45,846 nt of DNA from Thraustochytrium aureum (lineage: Eukaryota), in NCBI GenBank assembly GCA_012862495.1, contig BLSG01000121.1, positions 67,434 to 113,279 of the forward strand, read 5' to 3'. Shown piece after piece: positions 44,140-45,846 of the stretch. The translations under genes were made by a program, and so were the position numbers. The notes under the pieces were generated by a model that did no database searches, was not told the origin of the DNA, and worked only from the letters and a program-made list of their open reading frames with translations. How positions within the stretch are numbered: the stretch's first letter is position 1; the number at the start of each line of letters is the position of its first letter.

Positions 44140-45846
44140 TGCGAGAAGGAGCGGAGTCTTCGCCGAGGCGGTCGGCTCGGGATCCTCCACGCTGACGCCC
44201 TGCTTGATGAAGTATTCGACGGCCAATAGGTCGCCGTCCTTGGCGGCGGCCCCAGATGGTTGCCGATTTGGGTTCTTCGCCGTAGCCCACGACGGCCGAG
44301 TCGGCCATTGACTCGATGAGCTGGATGTCGTGCTTGTCGGTGCCCCGCTGGATCGTGCCGCGGCTAAACTCGACGACGAAGGACCCGCTGCCCTCATGGC
44401 TGAGGATCTTGGCGGGGTAGAACTCCTCGTCGTGGTGGAACAGGGCGCGGCACTCCTTGCCGACCCAATCGTCGTAGTCAATGTCTACGTCCGAGTACGC
44501 TTCAGCGTCTTCGTCCTCCTCGTCCTCCTCCTCGTCGTCATCATCGTAGTCTTTGCCTGCGAGCCGCGCTTCCAGCGCCGCGACGTCCACGCTCCGGCTG
44601 GACTGGACGCCGCGCTCGGTTTCGCTGTCGCTTTCCGCGTTCTGAGCAAAGTCTTCGTCGAGTTCCTCGTCTTCGTCGTCCACTTCGGCAATCGGGACCA
44701 TCGCGCCCACCTCCTGGGCCGTAGACTTTGCGCTTCTGCGCGCGCTCGAGCGCCTGCTCGCGCTGGATCGAGCGCTGGCGCCGGAGAGGCGCCTGGAGAT
44801 GCGGCCGAGGAGGGACGTGCGCTTGTTGGACACTGGGCGCTCTGTCTCGTCAGCGCTGTCTTCTTGCTCGACTTCCTCCACCTGGTCGGCGACGGTGGAA
44901 CGCGTGCTTGAGCGCTTGCTCGAGCGCTTGCTCGACCGCTTGGACAGCCGCTCGGATCTCCGAGCGCTCTCGCGCTTGACCGACTCGCGGGAAGCACTGA
45001 CGCGTTTGGCGCTGAGGCGCTTGGAGCTGACGCGCTTGGAGCTGACGCGCTTGGCGCTGTCGCGCTTGGATTCGAGCTCCTCCGCTTCTTCTTCATCCTC
45101 ATCGATGACCTCGAGCACGACTTCGGCATCGTCGCGCGCAATACTCTGTCGGTTGGCCGACTCGCGCTTGGAGGAAGTGCGCTTGGAGGAAGTGCGCTTG
45201 GAGGAAGTGCGCTTGGTCGACTCGCGCTTTGCGGATGTGCGCTTGGTCGACTCGCGCTTTGCGGATGTGCGCTTGGACGACTCGCGCTTGGAGCTCTCCC
45301 GGCGCGAAACCACCGCAGCAACAACTTCCTCCTCCTCCTCCTCCTCATCCTTCTTCTCCTCTTCTTCTTCGTCAGAAGTCGCTGCGTCGTCCTCGACGAC
45401 CTTTTCGACTGGCACCTGCAACTGCGCGCCCCACCCAACACGGCTCAAAAGCCCAGAGGCAAAGTTCGAGGCGGTGTTCATCACAACCTGGACCATCCCT
45501 TCCGCCTCAACGCTCCCATTGCTTTCCCCACTGTCGACTCGCTCGCGCTCGGGTTCGGGTTCGGGCTTGGCCGCGGCGCGGGGCTCGGGCTTGGCCGCCG
45601 CGGTCCGAGGCATGGAGCGACGGCTCAGCCGCTGCGCAATGCTCTTCCGCCTTTGCTCCTCAGCCCGCTTCTTCTTGACGAGCCGCAGTTTAGCGAGCGG
45701 ATCGTTGGGGTGCTCGGCCTTGGAAAACTTGCACGTCTTGCATCGCCCCTGGAAGCCAAAGATCGGGTCAAACTCGAACCCAGGGCACTCGGCGGCCGAC
45801 TTGTACTTTTGCCCGCTGGGCAGCGCCCTCCCGCGCACCGTCCTCA
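44140..45846 (-). CDS. Multidomain protein: CCCH-type Zn motif, KRxS repeats, acidic tracts, Tudor-like domain, ankyrin repeat; frameshift at C4 44250-44253; both ends unseen
   Basis: Frame is open from the window edge (xTG AGG ACG GTG...). Tudor-like WVGKECRALFHHDEEFYPAKIL...FVVEF. Removing one G gives ankyrin IWAAAKDGDLLAVEYFIKQGVSV...TPLLLA, which runs into gap 43378-44139. Confidence 0.8.
44895..45310 (-). repeat. Coding minisatellites (15-, 30- and 12-bp units) encoding (S/A/T)-K-R-x-S
   Basis: On the + strand: gcgcttggaggaagt x3, gactcgcgctttgcggatgtgcgcttgg x2, gcgcttggagctgac units and gagcgcttgctc x2. Confidence 0.9.

Noticed and set aside
4688..44311. Long ORF-track entries crossing N-gaps, and long antisense ORFs (e.g. 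36108..39251, 2430..3584, 39212..42097 as one protein)
   Set aside because: Artefacts of N runs lacking stops and of GC-rich codon bias on the opposite strand; frame across a gap is undefined.

Overview
Gene-dense, GC-rich, intron-poor eukaryotic draft scaffold, not a prokaryote. It carries a myosin, a SERCA-type pump, a NEDD8 E2 and an Lsm/NAA38 gene. Gene style suggests a stramenopile protist such as a thraustochytrid/labyrinthulomycete (inference only). There are 12 N-gaps (about 6.4 kb) and about a dozen single-base frameshifts, nearly all at short homopolymers, so many genes are split in the ORF track. About 19 loci can be reconstructed: TVP38/TMEM64, a CC1-box coiled-coil/double-PH protein, an anchored acyl-CoA ligase, a PH-like/J-domain protein, UBC12, a cystathionine gamma-lyase-family enzyme, an EGF-7TM gene and its decayed paralog, NAA38, a MyTH4-FERM myosin, an SMP-30-type propeller, three tandem orphan 7TM genes, SERCA, GH3, a Cys-rich ORF, an NTF2/SnoaL protein ending in PTS1, and a Zn-motif/KRxS-repeat/Tudor/ankyrin protein. 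No rRNA, tRNA, CRISPR or transposase was recognised. The best leads are two independent tandem families of orphan 7TM receptor-like genes, a bacterial-type ketosteroid-isomerase-like protein with a peroxisomal signal, a candidate dynein adaptor, and a protein with about 20 tandem basophilic kinase sites. Family calls come from motif recognition by eye; no database search was run.
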